Virus record (IMG/VR): IMGVR_UViG_3300049427_000004
Coordinates: 96,001 to 160,000 of that record
DNA from: a virus
DNA length: 64,000 nt
Direction: 5' to 3' (one strand)
Shown here: one piece after another, positions 38,374 to 49,041 of the stretch
How positions within the stretch are numbered: the stretch's first letter is position 1
Layout of the letters: the number at the start of each line of letters is the position of its first letter
Notes under the pieces: model-generated
What the model saw: the letters and a program-made list of their open reading frames with translations, nothing else
Databases searched by the model: none
What the model was told of the DNA's origin: nothing
Program-made: the position numbers and the translations under genes

Positions 38374-39864
38374 TTGGATTCCAAACTACTTCTTGAATCA
38401 CCGATTGTGGAAATTTCTCAAAAAGATTCAACAACTAAAGAAATAACTATGCTTGTACATAAACTTGATCTAGTAAATGGTAATGGTCTTGATTTTAAAG
38501 AAGAATATGCCTCTCAATACATTGATACCATTCTCAATAAACCAGTAGTAACCAAATATCATCCTCTAAAAGATGATCTCGGAGACCATGAACCAGTATA
38601 TGATTCCAATGGAAAAATCACTGAATTACGAACAATAGCAATTGGTACAATCAAAGAAGCATGGATTGATGATTATCAGATTGATTCAAGCAATATGGTT
38701 AGAGCATTATTTGCTAAGGCTATAGTTTGGAGTTATAAATATCCTCAAATAGTTAATTGTATTGAGAATTTGTTCAATGATAATAGCAGCACATCGTCTG
38801 TTGAAGTTGAAATATACAAATATGGAGAAAACCCCTCGCAAGAATATAGATATCCTACTGAATACGCCTATTTGGGAAATTGTTTGCTAGGTTCCACTGT
38901 CACTCCTGCTGATTCAGATGCAGGGGTTATTTCTGTATTTCAAAAAGAAATTGCAATGGCTGTAAAACATGATTTGGAAATGAACGAAAATTCAGAGGGA
39001 GGTGAACAAATGGATAAAAATGCTGAATTATTCAATAAAGGATATGAAATTCGAGATTTTTTAAATATAGAAGTGTCTTCTTTGACTTTCGACCAGATTA
39101 GTTCTCAAATTTATAATTCTCTTAATCCAATTGATCCAAAATCACTAAGTCGTGATTACAACTATTATATAAATGAGATTTATAACGATCATGTAATTGT
39201 TGAAGATTGGAACGACTATAAAACACTTTATAAAATTAGTTATTCGATAGTTAATGAATCGGTAGTACTCGAAGCAAAAGATTCGTGGGTTCGAGGATAC
39301 AAAGGGTTTATCCCTGACGGAGTAGTAATTTCTTCTCTTCTGGCAGAGAATGAGACTCTTTCTGCCGAACTTAACAATAAAACAACTGAATTAAATAATC
39401 AATACAAGGAGGAAAAACTAGTGACTGAGGAACAAATTAAGGAATTGCAATCAAAAGTAGATGAATTATCTATTAAAGTTGTTGATCTTGAAGGTACTAT
39501 TGTTGCACAACAAGAAACAATTCAAGATCATGTATCTAAAGAAGCAGAACTCGCAAGTGAAATTGAAGGATTAACTCCATTTAAAGTTAAATACGAGACT
39601 GCTGAGAAAGAAAGCGAAAAAGCTAAATTGGTTGAAAAATTTAGTAAACTCCTTCCTGAAGACGTAATGAAATCTGAAGTTATTGTATCTGCTTTAGAAG
39701 AACTTAATGTATCGGCTTTAAACTCTGCTGTCGTTGAACAAGCAACAAAAGAGATCGCTACGAAACAGTCTAATACTCAAACAGATGAACCTGTAGTCGT
39801 TGTCGCAAGTAAACATGAAGATCTAATTGAAGAAAATGTTTTGCAAAAATACGGTATTAACTAA
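38374..39864 (+). CDS. prohead protease/scaffold protein (YonD-like)
   Basis: N-terminal DDLGDHE, SSVEVE, YLGNCLLG..PAD; C-terminal acidic coiled coil. Confidence 0.7.
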   Translation: MDSKLLLESPIVEISQKDSTTKEITMLVHKLDLVNGNGLDFKEEYASQYIDTILNKPVVTKYHPLKDDLGDHEPVYDSNGKITELRTIAIGTIKEAWIDDYQIDSSNMVRALFAKAIVWSYKYPQIVNCIENLFNDNSSTSSVEVEIYKYGENPSQEYRYPTEYAYLGNCLLGSTVTPADSDAGVISVFQKEIAMAVKHDLEMNENSEGGEQMDKNAELFNKGYEIRDFLNIEVSSLTFDQISSQIYNSLNPIDPKSLSRDYNYYINEIYNDHVIVEDWNDYKTLYKISYSIVNESVVLEAKDSWVRGYKGFIPDGVVISSLLAENETLSAELNNKTTELNNQYKEEKLVTEEQIKELQSKVDELSIKVVDLEGTIVAQQETIQDHVSKEAELASEIEGLTPFKVKYETAEKESEKAKLVEKFSKLLPEDVMKSEVIVSALEELNVSALNSAVVEQATKEIATKQSNTQTDEPVVVVASKHEDLIEENVLQKYGIN

Positions 39865-39896
39865 AAAATAAATTATTATATTGGAGGATTTTATAA

Positions 39897-40367
39897 ATGG
39901 GTGCATTTGGTATTGTACGTCTAGACCTAGTTAAAGGTCACGCATTGTCTCACGGTTATGATGTGGCAATTGAAAATGGTGTTTTGGCAGAAGTAAGTTA
40001 TACGACTGATAAGATTGTTGTTACTACTGACAGAACAAAAAAACAACGCTTAGTTGCTTCTGTAGCAAACCTGTATGATTCGCTTGACGAATCAGATTTC
40101 CGTAATGAAGTTGGCGCTATGAAAGCTCGTACTTTTACTCTTGAGGTTGACGATTTCTTCACAACTACTCAAATTGATTACACTGGAGATCGTGCAAACT
40201 TTGCTGCTGTAGCAGTTGGTGACTTCGCATATGCTGCAACTGGCGGTAAATTTACTGTCGCTACTACATTTCCCGGAACAACTGTTCCTGCTCAAAAATT
40301 CCGTGTGTATGAGAAAACAACTCTAAACGGAAAAGATGCTATTGCTCTTATCGTTGAAGTCGCTTAA
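39897..40367 (+). CDS. capsid decoration/cement protein (YonC-like)
   Basis: 156-aa beta-rich protein between the scaffold and capsid genes. Confidence 0.55.
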   Translation: MGAFGIVRLDLVKGHALSHGYDVAIENGVLAEVSYTTDKIVVTTDRTKKQRLVASVANLYDSLDESDFRNEVGAMKARTFTLEVDDFFTTTQIDYTGDRANFAAVAVGDFAYAATGGKFTVATTFPGTTVPAQKFRVYEKTTLNGKDAIALIVEVA

Positions 40368-40401
40368 TAAATAAATTATAAAATTTGGAGGTTTACCATA
40401 A

Positions 40402-41367
40402 ATGGATAAAGTTAAAGTATTGGAATTGTGCATGGACGTTCGCCACAATCGCTCTTCTAAAGAAGATCAAACGGCTGAACAACGTAAGGTTGAATTGGTA
40501 GAACTTTTTAGCCAATTGATGAAGAACTATGACCGCAACAAAGTAGAAATCAATGAAATTATCAAAGAGAATGTTCAAACTATTCTTAAAGAACGTGTTC
40601 AAGGCGCTCTTGATGTAATTGCTGATATTGCATACGTTCCACATGGCACTAAGAAAGAGTTTTCTGTTCGTCGTGGTACATTGAAAGTTGAATACGTTGC
40701 TCTGGGCACAGAAATTCGTCGTCAAAAAATCTACAAGGGTAAAATCACTGCTCAACCCCAAGCTATGGGCGCATCCGTGTATGCTGAATGGGATGACATT
40801 TTGGCAGGACGTGCCGAGTCCTTCACTGACATGATTGATGAAATTGCTGCTAAAGTTCTTGAGCAAGTTATGTTAAACATTCAAAGCACATTTGTTGCTG
40901 CAATGGCTTCTGCTCCTGCTGCTAACAAATACTCTGGAGCTTTTGCTCTAGCACAAGTACGCAATGTTGCTAACACTGTCTCTGCATATGGTCGTCCAGT
41001 TATCATGGGTACTGCTGTAGCTCTTTCTAACATCACTAGCGATTCGAGCTTTAAATCTGCAATGTCTGACAGCATGAAAGACGATTTCAACAAAAACGGT
41101 TTTATTGGCGTATGGGAAGGTAAAGCACTTGTTCAACTTCCAAACACGTTCACCGATGAGACAAATACCGCTTGGGTATTGAATAACAACTATATCTACG
41201 TAATTCCAGTTAATGCTGACAAGCCAGTTAAGGTTACATTTGAAGGTGGAGCAGAAATGCTTGAACAACAAAGCTTTGCAGATGGCTCGGTCACTAAAAA
41301 GACTCTTCAAAAAGTTGGCGTAAACGTTCTTCAAGTTCCTAACTTGGGTCTAGTAACAATTGTTTAA
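40402..41367 (+). CDS. major capsid protein (YonB-like)
   Basis: 321 aa, strong SD GGAGGT, highly biased codons, position in the head operon. Confidence 0.75.
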   Translation: MDKVKVLELCMDVRHNRSSKEDQTAEQRKVELVELFSQLMKNYDRNKVEINEIIKENVQTILKERVQGALDVIADIAYVPHGTKKEFSVRRGTLKVEYVALGTEIRRQKIYKGKITAQPQAMGASVYAEWDDILAGRAESFTDMIDEIAAKVLEQVMLNIQSTFVAAMASAPAANKYSGAFALAQVRNVANTVSAYGRPVIMGTAVALSNITSDSSFKSAMSDSMKDDFNKNGFIGVWEGKALVQLPNTFTDETNTAWVLNNNYIYVIPVNADKPVKVTFEGGAEMLEQQSFADGSVTKKTLQKVGVNVLQVPNLGLVTIV

Positions 41368-41383
41368 TTAATACATAACTTCG

Positions 41384-41406
41384 GAGGAGTCTTTCGAGAC
41401 TCCTCA
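41384..41406 (+). other. stable UUCG-tetraloop hairpin after the capsid gene
   Basis: GAGGAGTCT-TTCG-AGACTCCTC with no T run; likely stabiliser or attenuator. Confidence 0.6.
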
Positions 41407-41431
41407 CTATATATTAAGGGAGATAACTACA

Positions 41432-41869
41432 ATGACAAAAGTAAAAGTGGTAAATAATATTCACGGAGGTCTTGGGTTTTTTCTAAATCCTACTCCAGAA
41501 TCTTTTCGTTTGCTTCCAAAGCAAGGGGCTTTCTTAGAAATCACAGACGAGGAAGTTCAGTACATCCATATTAACCAAGAAATCATCCAAAAAGGTATGC
41601 TGTGGCTTGAAAGCAAAGAATTGCGTGTAATCTATGGCATTGAAAAAGAAGATGGTACTAAAGAAAACCTAAATGTATTGCGCCATGATGAGATTGTTGA
41701 ATTGGTTCAAGGTAACTATAAAAAACTTGAAAAGTCAATTGACGAGATTACAGAATCTACAATTCTTTCTCAGTTTGTAGAAGTTGCTCGTGAACTAAAA
41801 ATTGATAGTAAAGCCAAAATCGATATTATCGAAAAAGCAACTGGTGCAACTATTTACGAAGAAGAATAA
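41432..41869 (+). CDS. head-associated hypothetical protein (YonA-like position)
   Basis: 145-aa ORF, SD AAGGGAG. Confidence 0.6.
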   Translation: MTKVKVVNNIHGGLGFFLNPTPESFRLLPKQGAFLEITDEEVQYIHINQEIIQKGMLWLESKELRVIYGIEKEDGTKENLNVLRHDEIVELVQGNYKKLEKSIDEITESTILSQFVEVARELKIDSKAKIDIIEKATGATIYEEE

Positions 41870-41891
41870 AAATGAATTGTGGTGATTAAAA

Positions 41892-42299
41892 TTGGCTACC
41901 ACATATGACGATGTTTATGACAGATTTCTTTCTAAGATAACAGATTATGAATTAGCACAACTTGTGTCTGAAGAAGTGTCTGATAACATTGAAAAATTTT
42001 TCAAAAGCGCTATATCGGATTTCAAATACTGTGTAGCTGAGAGACTTGTACGCGATGATTTGAATAAGATATTCATCAATACTTTAACGGATCTGGAGCA
42101 AGAAATACTTGCTAAATTCATGTTAGTACATTGGGTAACACCTCATATTCTTAGATTAGAAAACATCAGACAAAGTTTGGGCAGTAAAGACTTTTCTGTA
42201 TTCAGTGGTGCTAATTTTTTAGATAAGCTGTTAAACCTTAAAAGGACACTTATTTCCGAAGCTGAATCAGATATGATTTTTTACTATTACGCCACTTAA
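41892..42299 (+). CDS. head-tail connector protein
   Basis: TYDDVYDRFLSKITDY pattern; position. Confidence 0.6.
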   Translation: MATTYDDVYDRFLSKITDYELAQLVSEEVSDNIEKFFKSAISDFKYCVAERLVRDDLNKIFINTLTDLEQEILAKFMLVHWVTPHILRLENIRQSLGSKDFSVFSGANFLDKLLNLKRTLISEAESDMIFYYYAT

Positions 42300-42311
42300 G
42301 GCGGTTATACT

Positions 42312-43283
42312 ATGAGTTCAATAAATGATTATCTTGCAAGGGTATCAGGTAAAACAATCAAGAGCACTACCACTGATAACACTAGGCATTTCTTAAGGAA
42401 TGGTATCGTTAATTCGCCCTCCTATTTTGAAGTCTCCATCAATGAATCTTCCCCTTATCTGTATGGTGTTCAAATAGTCGATGACAGCAATGTAAGAGAT
42501 CAAAAGCTAATTACATGTCTTGATCATGAACTAAAAAATGGAGACATAATTGATTGGCAGTCAAGCAAGTGGATTAACATTCTCACAGATAATATGTCTG
42601 ACATTTATTATCGAGGTTCGTTAAGACGGTGTGTTGGTCAACTCAAATGGATTGACTCAAATGGACTATTGAAAGAGAAATACTTCACATTTAAATCTGA
42701 TTCATCCACAAATTTTGGTGTTCAAGATGGTCGTGTAATGTCGCTTGGTAACGAACGACGAGTATTGATAACCCCTCTTGATGCTGATACCAAGAAAATT
42801 GTTAAGGATAAGCGATTCATTTTTGATGAAAGAGCGTGGAAAGTAAGTGCTTTAGATAGGATTTCCGTTGGTGGGCTTCTAATCCTTACTTTAGATGAAG
42901 ATGAGATTGATAAATCGAAAGACAACCTCGAATTAGGAATAGCTGATTATACCATCCCTTCTACTCCATCCCCTGAGCCAATTTTGACTGGCTATTTAGT
43001 TGAAATTAATGGTTCCGAAAGTATCAAGAAGAATATGTCTCAAACTTACATAGCAACTGTTTATGTCGATGGTGTAATTAATACGAGTTTATCTGTTTCA
43101 TGGGAACTCTTAGACGACACAGAAACAACTACTACTACACTCGCTGCGATCACTAGTCAAAATGGATATGAATGCATTGTTAAGGCTGGAGCAACAATTG
43201 GTCAGTATGTGAAGTTAAAAGTCACTGTGGGCAATTCTAGCGTTTTGAGTATTAAACGTATTCAAATTAAAGGACTATATTAA
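42312..43283 (+). CDS. head closure protein with C-terminal Ig-like domain
   Basis: LKNGDIIDWQ..FIFDERAWKV; Pro-rich linker then a beta-sandwich-like tail. Confidence 0.55.
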   Translation: MSSINDYLARVSGKTIKSTTTDNTRHFLRNGIVNSPSYFEVSINESSPYLYGVQIVDDSNVRDQKLITCLDHELKNGDIIDWQSSKWINILTDNMSDIYYRGSLRRCVGQLKWIDSNGLLKEKYFTFKSDSSTNFGVQDGRVMSLGNERRVLITPLDADTKKIVKDKRFIFDERAWKVSALDRISVGGLLILTLDEDEIDKSKDNLELGIADYTIPSTPSPEPILTGYLVEINGSESIKKNMSQTYIATVYVDGVINTSLSVSWELLDDTETTTTTLAAITSQNGYECIVKAGATIGQYVKLKVTVGNSSVLSIKRIQIKGLY

Positions 43284-43328
43284 ACATTATGAAAGAGTGC
43301 TTTCATCGCCTATTGTGAGGTGTTATAG

Positions 43329-43802
43329 ATGGCGAAACTTAAGGAAATTAGTGAATACAAAAACACAGTAATAGAGAAACTTCTCGAAACAGATGAGATT
43401 GTAAAAGCTCTGTATTACGAAAATGAAAACTATCTAGAGCAGCCAACATTGGATGATCCAAGTATCCTTGTATATGAGAATATATTTCCTTATAGATTCA
43501 TCCCTGATACCAATACAGAAAGAAAAACCTTCTTAACTGTGTCGTGCAGGAAAATCAAAAAAGTTAATAACGCTTTTAAAGCTGGTTTTTTAACTTTAGC
43601 AGTTTTCACTCATAAGGAATTGTTTAAAACTAATTATGGTGAAACAAGAGTCGATAAAGTCATGAGTCTTATCGATGAGATATTTAATTCAAGTAGAGGT
43701 ATTGGTATTGGTAAGCTTGAGTTTGTCGAGATGGATGAATTAATTGTAAATGATAAGTATATGGGTGCTTATATTTCCTACAAGCCTATTGATTTTAATT
43801 AG
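43329..43802 (+). CDS. tail terminator-like protein
   Basis: 157 aa, position before tail genes, IFNSSRGIGIGKLEF. Confidence 0.5.
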   Translation: MAKLKEISEYKNTVIEKLLETDEIVKALYYENENYLEQPTLDDPSILVYENIFPYRFIPDTNTERKTFLTVSCRKIKKVNNAFKAGFLTLAVFTHKELFKTNYGETRVDKVMSLIDEIFNSSRGIGIGKLEFVEMDELIVNDKYMGAYISYKPIDFN

Positions 43803-43811
43803 GTGATAAGT

Positions 43812-44552
43812 ATGGACATGGATGACATTGAGTTAAAGTTGTTGGTTGGCTTGCCAATAGAGGTTGAGAATGTTGGAAACATCTACAGTCCAACAGTAAA
43901 AGAAATAATTGAGTTCGGATATTCAAAATATAACGAAATACTATCGTGTTTGTTAATGGATAAGAGTAGATTGAAACTTGAATCCTTAGATGAAAAAGTA
44001 ATTACTACATTTACTCTTTTAGCCTCGCTTTGCTTCCATGAAGAAGACTTTAGAAGAAAATTCCTAAATGGCTTGAATTTCATATTTAAAGAAGAAGTTT
44101 TCTTTGGTCATAATGACGAAGAAATCTTTTTTTATTTTGGAGACTTAGGTGAGATGAGATACATATCCGAGAAGAATATTGAGTTTATTCAAGCATTAAT
44201 TAGGGTTTCTAATCAAGTGAAGATTCAGGATGAAAAAGAAGATGAATACAACCCTGCCGATGAACAAGCAAGAAAAATAATTGAAGAAATGCTTGCAAGA
44301 AGAAGGAATAAGCCTAAGCCCAAGCCGACAGTCAATCTTCATAGTATTATTTCTGGTCTTTGCACTAAATCCAATGGTGTAAATCATTTAAATGTCAAAG
44401 ATCTTTCTATTTATCAACTTTATGATTGCTTTCATAGATTGGAAGTTGTTGAAAACTATCACTACACATTAGTTGGTATTTATTCGGGCAATGTCGATGG
44501 CAAACAAATAAATTATAACAAAATTCATTGGACAAAAATTATTGAACAATGA
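43812..44552 (+). CDS. tail-region hypothetical protein (YomV-like)
   Basis: LLVGLPIEV..LSIYQLYDCFHRL. Confidence 0.55.
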   Translation: MDMDDIELKLLVGLPIEVENVGNIYSPTVKEIIEFGYSKYNEILSCLLMDKSRLKLESLDEKVITTFTLLASLCFHEEDFRRKFLNGLNFIFKEEVFFGHNDEEIFFYFGDLGEMRYISEKNIEFIQALIRVSNQVKIQDEKEDEYNPADEQARKIIEEMLARRRNKPKPKPTVNLHSIISGLCTKSNGVNHLNVKDLSIYQLYDCFHRLEVVENYHYTLVGIYSGNVDGKQINYNKIHWTKIIEQ

Positions 44553-44574
44553 CATATAAGGAGATGTTTTATTA

Positions 44575-45372
44575 ATGGCAGCACCAAATTCATGGGTAAT
44601 TCGTGACGTACCAAAAGCTACATTCGTAGATGTAGTTTCTAGAAAGCCATTGTTCTGGCTTTCTGATCTAAAAACAAGCGGTCTAGATAACACCGCTGAG
44701 ACTGTTTATGCTCGTGGCGGTACTGGTAACCCGAAAATCGTAGGCTTCTCTTCTAATCGTGAAGCGAAAGTTAATCTTGAGAATGCTGTTTTTGATAATG
44801 GCGCTCTAGCCCTTATGACAGGTAATCCACTCTGGACTGGTGCTAAATCAGTTCAACAACGCGAAGTTCTTATTGTAGCCAGCAATTCAGTTTCTCTTCA
44901 ATTTACACCTTCTAACGGCACAGGTGCAATTGTAGCTATTTATAAATCAAATCCTGATGGTTCTCATGGAACAGAGATCAACTACACTGCAACTACTGTA
45001 GCAACAGGCCAATATAGTCGTGCAGCAAAGGTAATCACATTTTTCGCTGGTGAACTTGCAAATGGAACAAAGGTTATTGCTTACTACAATGTAAATACAG
45101 ACGCAACAGCAAAAACAATTACTATTTCTTCTGATAAATTTGCTGGATCATTTGGACTGGTACTTGATGCAATTGTTAAATCTCCATTTGACCAAAAGGA
45201 TTATTTAGCTCAAATTAATATCCCTTCCGCAAAAATGGAAGACAACTGGTCTTTGACAATGGCTGCTGAAGGAGATCCTTCTGCTCATACAATGCCTATC
45301 GAGATTCTTAAACAGGCAGGTAGCACAGATTTCTACACGATCACATTGTACGACGGAACGCTATTGACATAA
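44575..45372 (+). CDS. major tail (tube) protein
   Basis: 265 aa; VYARGGTGNPKIVGF; followed by a terminator. Confidence 0.65.
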   Translation: MAAPNSWVIRDVPKATFVDVVSRKPLFWLSDLKTSGLDNTAETVYARGGTGNPKIVGFSSNREAKVNLENAVFDNGALALMTGNPLWTGAKSVQQREVLIVASNSVSLQFTPSNGTGAIVAIYKSNPDGSHGTEINYTATTVATGQYSRAAKVITFFAGELANGTKVIAYYNVNTDATAKTITISSDKFAGSFGLVLDAIVKSPFDQKDYLAQINIPSAKMEDNWSLTMAAEGDPSAHTMPIEILKQAGSTDFYTITLYDGTLLT

Positions 45373-45388
45373 AAAATAAAAATACTAA

Positions 45389-45430
45389 AGAGAGAGAATG
45401 CCCATAAAAAAGCATTGTCTCTCTTTTTTT
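45389..45430 (+). terminator. rho-independent terminator
   Basis: AGAGAGAATGC..GCATTGTCTCTCT plus T run. Confidence 0.65.
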
Positions 45431-45596
45431 ACACAATAAAACGAATCTTTTATAAGCCAATCCACACAAAAAAAGTCAATGTTTATCTATGTTTTACGAA
45501 AGCCGATTTTTCAGAGTAGTTAACATTAACTCTGCGAAAAGTTGGCTTTTTGATGCGCCAATTTTATAAAAAACAAACCCAAGGGAGAGATATTAA

Positions 45597-46091
45597 ATGA
45601 GTAAACAACCTAAAAACCTATCACTAAGCACACTAAAGAAGCAAAATGCTAAAACATACAAGGATAAAAAACAGATTCACTTTGCAAATGGCGACAAGCT
45701 TGATATTGATCTTGTTTTCCAACCTACTAAAGTTGAAAATGTGCTTCAAGAAATGCTTCAGGTGGTAGACGAAGTTTCTAAGCGCAAAAATGGTGAAGAT
45801 ATCGATATCTCAGTATGGTCAATTGTGATGATGTCATCTATTATCAAAAATTTCACAAGTATTGAAACAGATGCACTTGGATTAGATGGTTTAGTAGAGT
45901 TGAGAAAACAATTAAAAGATGCAAAATATTATGATGATATTATTGGTGCTTTTGATGAAATCGAACTCAACAATGCAGTCGCTAAAATTAACGAAATGTT
46001 ACAACTCATGACTAAACAGATAGGTTTGATGAAGGAAAAACAAGAACTAGTAGAATCTGACGAAGAAGCGGTTGAGGAAAGTGGCGAATAA
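45597..46091 (+). CDS. tail assembly chaperone-like protein
   Basis: 164-aa acidic protein after the tail tube gene. Confidence 0.5.
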   Translation: MSKQPKNLSLSTLKKQNAKTYKDKKQIHFANGDKLDIDLVFQPTKVENVLQEMLQVVDEVSKRKNGEDIDISVWSIVMMSSIIKNFTSIETDALGLDGLVELRKQLKDAKYYDDIIGAFDEIELNNAVAKINEMLQLMTKQIGLMKEKQELVESDEEAVEESGE

Positions 46092-46515
46092 AGATTTCAA
46101 TTCGATTGAAGCAGCTCTGAAATTTATTGAGCAACAAGCACAATCAGTGCTTAAACAGGAGATCGCTTCCAAGGTAGTAAAAACAATGAAAAAACACGTA
46201 CAAACCGATGTTTACGACAAATATGAGCCTGTAATGTATGAACGTCAAGGATACAACGGTGGATTGATTGATGAAGACAATATCGAAGTATCTGTTGTGG
46301 ATGACGACACAATCTCAGTTGAAAACATTCGATTTGATGGAAATCGTGAAGTCGCTCAAATTGTCGAGAGTGGTCAGGGATATACGTACGATTTTGAGTA
46401 TAATGGTATCCCTCGTCCATTTACAGAGAATACACGTAATGAATTGCGAGAAACGAATGCATTAGAAATCGAAATGCGTAAAGGTTTAACTCGCAGAGGT
46501 TTGAATGTTAAATAA
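46072..46515 (+). CDS. HK97 gp10-like tail completion protein
   Basis: KHVQTDVYDKYEP..PRPFTENT pattern. Confidence 0.55.
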   Translation: MRKVANKDFNSIEAALKFIEQQAQSVLKQEIASKVVKTMKKHVQTDVYDKYEPVMYERQGYNGGLIDEDNIEVSVVDDDTISVENIRFDGNREVAQIVESGQGYTYDFEYNGIPRPFTENTRNELRETNALEIEMRKGLTRRGLNVK

Positions 46516-46683
46516 AACATTTTGGACAGTCGTGAGACAGCCCATATTTCTCCATTAATTATGTCCTGTGAGCCATGAATGGAATAGCCAAGAATAGACG
46601 AGATGACATAAGGAAGAAGCTCCGCTTGGAAACAGGTTGAAGGGGCTTCTTTGCTTGTGCAATAAATTAACTATTCGAGGAGA

Positions 46684-47433
46684 ATGAAAATGGAGAATCA
46701 ATTAGAAGTTAAAAAACTGGTGTATGTGAACAGTGATCGCATTGTGACTGACTCATTAATGATAGCTGAATCTTTCAACAAAAGGCATGATGATGTATTA
46801 AAAGCAATCAGAAATTTAGAATGTAGTGAAGAATTCTCACTCGGAAATTTTGCGGAGTCAGATTACGTTAATGAAAGAGGTAGAAAGTACGCTAAATATT
46901 TGATCTCACAGGATGGCTTCATGTTTTTAGCGATGGGTTTTACAGGAAAAGATGCTGCATCACTTAAAGAGAAATTCATTTCAGAATTTAATCGCATGAA
47001 AAATGAAATTAATAAACATCGTCTTCCTTCAACCTATAAAGAGGCACTGTTGGCACTCGTTGCAACTGTTGAAGAAAATGAAAAATTGCAATTACAAATA
47101 GAGACAGATAGACCACTTGTAACCTTTGCAGAAACTGCTTTGAAATCTAAAGATACAATTTTAGTTCGAGAATTATCTAAAATTTCGCAAGATGAAGGCT
47201 TGAATATTGGCGAAAAGAAACTGTATACCAAATTGCGTGAATGGGGATTAATTCTTAAGAATTCCACCGAGCCATCACAATCTGCTATGAATTCAGGTTA
47301 CTTTGTAGTTGAAGAAACAAACATTAATACTCCATATGGCATAAAACTAAACAAGACAACTAAGGTGACTCCAAAGGGTCAAATATACATAATTGAAAAA
47401 CTTAAAAAAGAGAAAAATAGTAATAAGGAGTGA
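46684..47433 (+). CDS. Rha-family regulator fused to KilA-C (ANT) antirepressor domain
   Basis: VTDSLMIAESFNKRHDDVLKAIRNL..GFTGKDA; LPSTYKEALLAL; TTKVTPKGQIYI. Confidence 0.85.
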   Translation: MKMENQLEVKKLVYVNSDRIVTDSLMIAESFNKRHDDVLKAIRNLECSEEFSLGNFAESDYVNERGRKYAKYLISQDGFMFLAMGFTGKDAASLKEKFISEFNRMKNEINKHRLPSTYKEALLALVATVEENEKLQLQIETDRPLVTFAETALKSKDTILVRELSKISQDEGLNIGEKKLYTKLREWGLILKNSTEPSQSAMNSGYFVVEETNINTPYGIKLNKTTKVTPKGQIYIIEKLKKEKNSNKE

Positions 47434-47438
47434 TTGTC

Positions 47439-48500
47439 ATACCACGCAAAACGTTTCGCAATCAAATAACTAATCCAGAACTTACAGAAAAAATAAATCC
47501 AGATAACAAAAAAATGATTGCACGGTTTCTAAAGGAAAAGAATACAAGGTGTTCAGATACTACTGTTCAAGCTTATGAAAGTGATTTGAATATTTTCTTC
47601 ACTTGGAATCTTCTTGAAAATGATAACAAGTTTTTTATTAAAATCAAGAAGATAGAATTTGCCGAATTCTTCAGTTATTGTGTTGATGAATTGAAGTGGG
47701 GATCAGCAAGGTTTGGAAGAATGAAGTCATGTTTAAGCACTCTTTCAATTTTTATTGAAACGTTCTTTGATGATGATTATCCTGATTTTCGTAATATCAT
47801 TTTAAAAACAATCGCTAGTATGCCTAAGAATGCCACAAGAGAGAAAACAATTTTATCAGAGCAGCAAGTAAATGATCTTCTTAATCATCTGAAGAATGAA
47901 ATTCAACGACCTCAAGAGGCATGTTTGCTTGCTTTGGCAATCAGCAGCGGTGCAAGAGTCTCTGAGTTGCTTAGGTTTGACATAGACATCATCGATGAAA
48001 ATAATACAGCTTTCGATGGAATGTTCTTAGAAACACTCAAGAAAATTAAAACAAAAGGTAGAACAAAGACTGGAAAGATGATGGAGAAGTATATCATCAA
48101 AGATATCTTCCTTCCCTATTATAAAGATTGGCTTGTAGAGCGCGAGAAGATTATGAAAGAAAATAATCAAGAACACAACTCAATGTTCATTAGACGAGAT
48201 GGTATTCCTGCTTCAGTTGATACAATTCGTGGATGGACAGAGAAGTGGGAAAAGTTCCTTGGAGTCCCTTTCTATCCTCACTGTTTACGACATTACATTA
48301 CAACTAGTCTTTCACGTCTAGGATTGAGTTCAGACTTTATTGTTGAAGTTATGGGTTGGGCTTCAACCGACATGGTGAAAGTATACAATGATCTAACCGC
48401 TAAAGAGAAAAAATGGAAAGATCTTGATAAGTTGAAGGTTCACATTGACACTACTGCAAGTAATATTGTGACTGAATCCACTCCAGAGCAATCCTCTTAA
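47439..48500 (+). CDS. tyrosine recombinase in the tail operon (SPbeta YomM-like)
   Basis: SSGARVSE, KTKG, YPHCLRHY, MGW, VKVYND; probable ATA start behind AAGGAG. Confidence 0.85.
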   Translation: MPRKTFRNQITNPELTEKINPDNKKMIARFLKEKNTRCSDTTVQAYESDLNIFFTWNLLENDNKFFIKIKKIEFAEFFSYCVDELKWGSARFGRMKSCLSTLSIFIETFFDDDYPDFRNIILKTIASMPKNATREKTILSEQQVNDLLNHLKNEIQRPQEACLLALAISSGARVSELLRFDIDIIDENNTAFDGMFLETLKKIKTKGRTKTGKMMEKYIIKDIFLPYYKDWLVEREKIMKENNQEHNSMFIRRDGIPASVDTIRGWTEKWEKFLGVPFYPHCLRHYITTSLSRLGLSSDFIVEVMGWASTDMVKVYNDLTAKEKKWKDLDKLKVHIDTTASNIVTESTPEQSS

Positions 48501-48640
48501 AACATCCATTTCAATACCTTTCTAGTGAATATATATACAACTTTTTGAATAATTGTATCTGATATATCGAGACTGTACTTTTATATCCGCATAATTATTC
48601 ATTTAATTAATAAGACAAATATAAATAAGGAGGGAATTTC

Positions 48641-49030
48641 TTGGCAATTCAAGTTTCTAAAAATATTGGATTAACGGATATCGTATCTGAAATTAATCCC
48701 CTTTCTACAAAACATCCCACATCTGGCTCTACACTAGAGATAAGAGTGTGGATATTTAATGATGATCCAACCCGAACATATGAAGACATCACAATTGACC
48801 CGATAGATGCAACTGGCACAGATGAGTCTAATTGGATTCAACTTGCTCCCGACAATGTTTCTGTTGCAGGTTCTTACGGGGCTGGCGGCGCACCACTAGC
48901 TATGCCCAACATTACTACAGCGAACTCAGGAACTCCGTTTTGGGTTAAAACTACAACCCCTTCAGGTCAAATAGTAAAAAATAAAAACGATATTAAATTA
49001 GCTATTAGTTTTACTGAATATGCAGTCTAG
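48641..49030 (+). CDS. hypothetical beta-rich protein, first gene of the accessory spike module
   Basis: 129 aa, TTG start behind AGGAGGG. Confidence 0.65.
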   Translation: MAIQVSKNIGLTDIVSEINPLSTKHPTSGSTLEIRVWIFNDDPTRTYEDITIDPIDATGTDESNWIQLAPDNVSVAGSYGAGGAPLAMPNITTANSGTPFWVKTTTPSGQIVKNKNDIKLAISFTEYAV

Positions 49031-49041
49031 GAGGGTTTTAA

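Noticed and set aside
45597-46515. Programmed frameshift of the tail assembly chaperone
   Set aside because: No clear slippery heptamer identified near the end of 45597-46091, and the next gene looks like an independent gp10-like protein.
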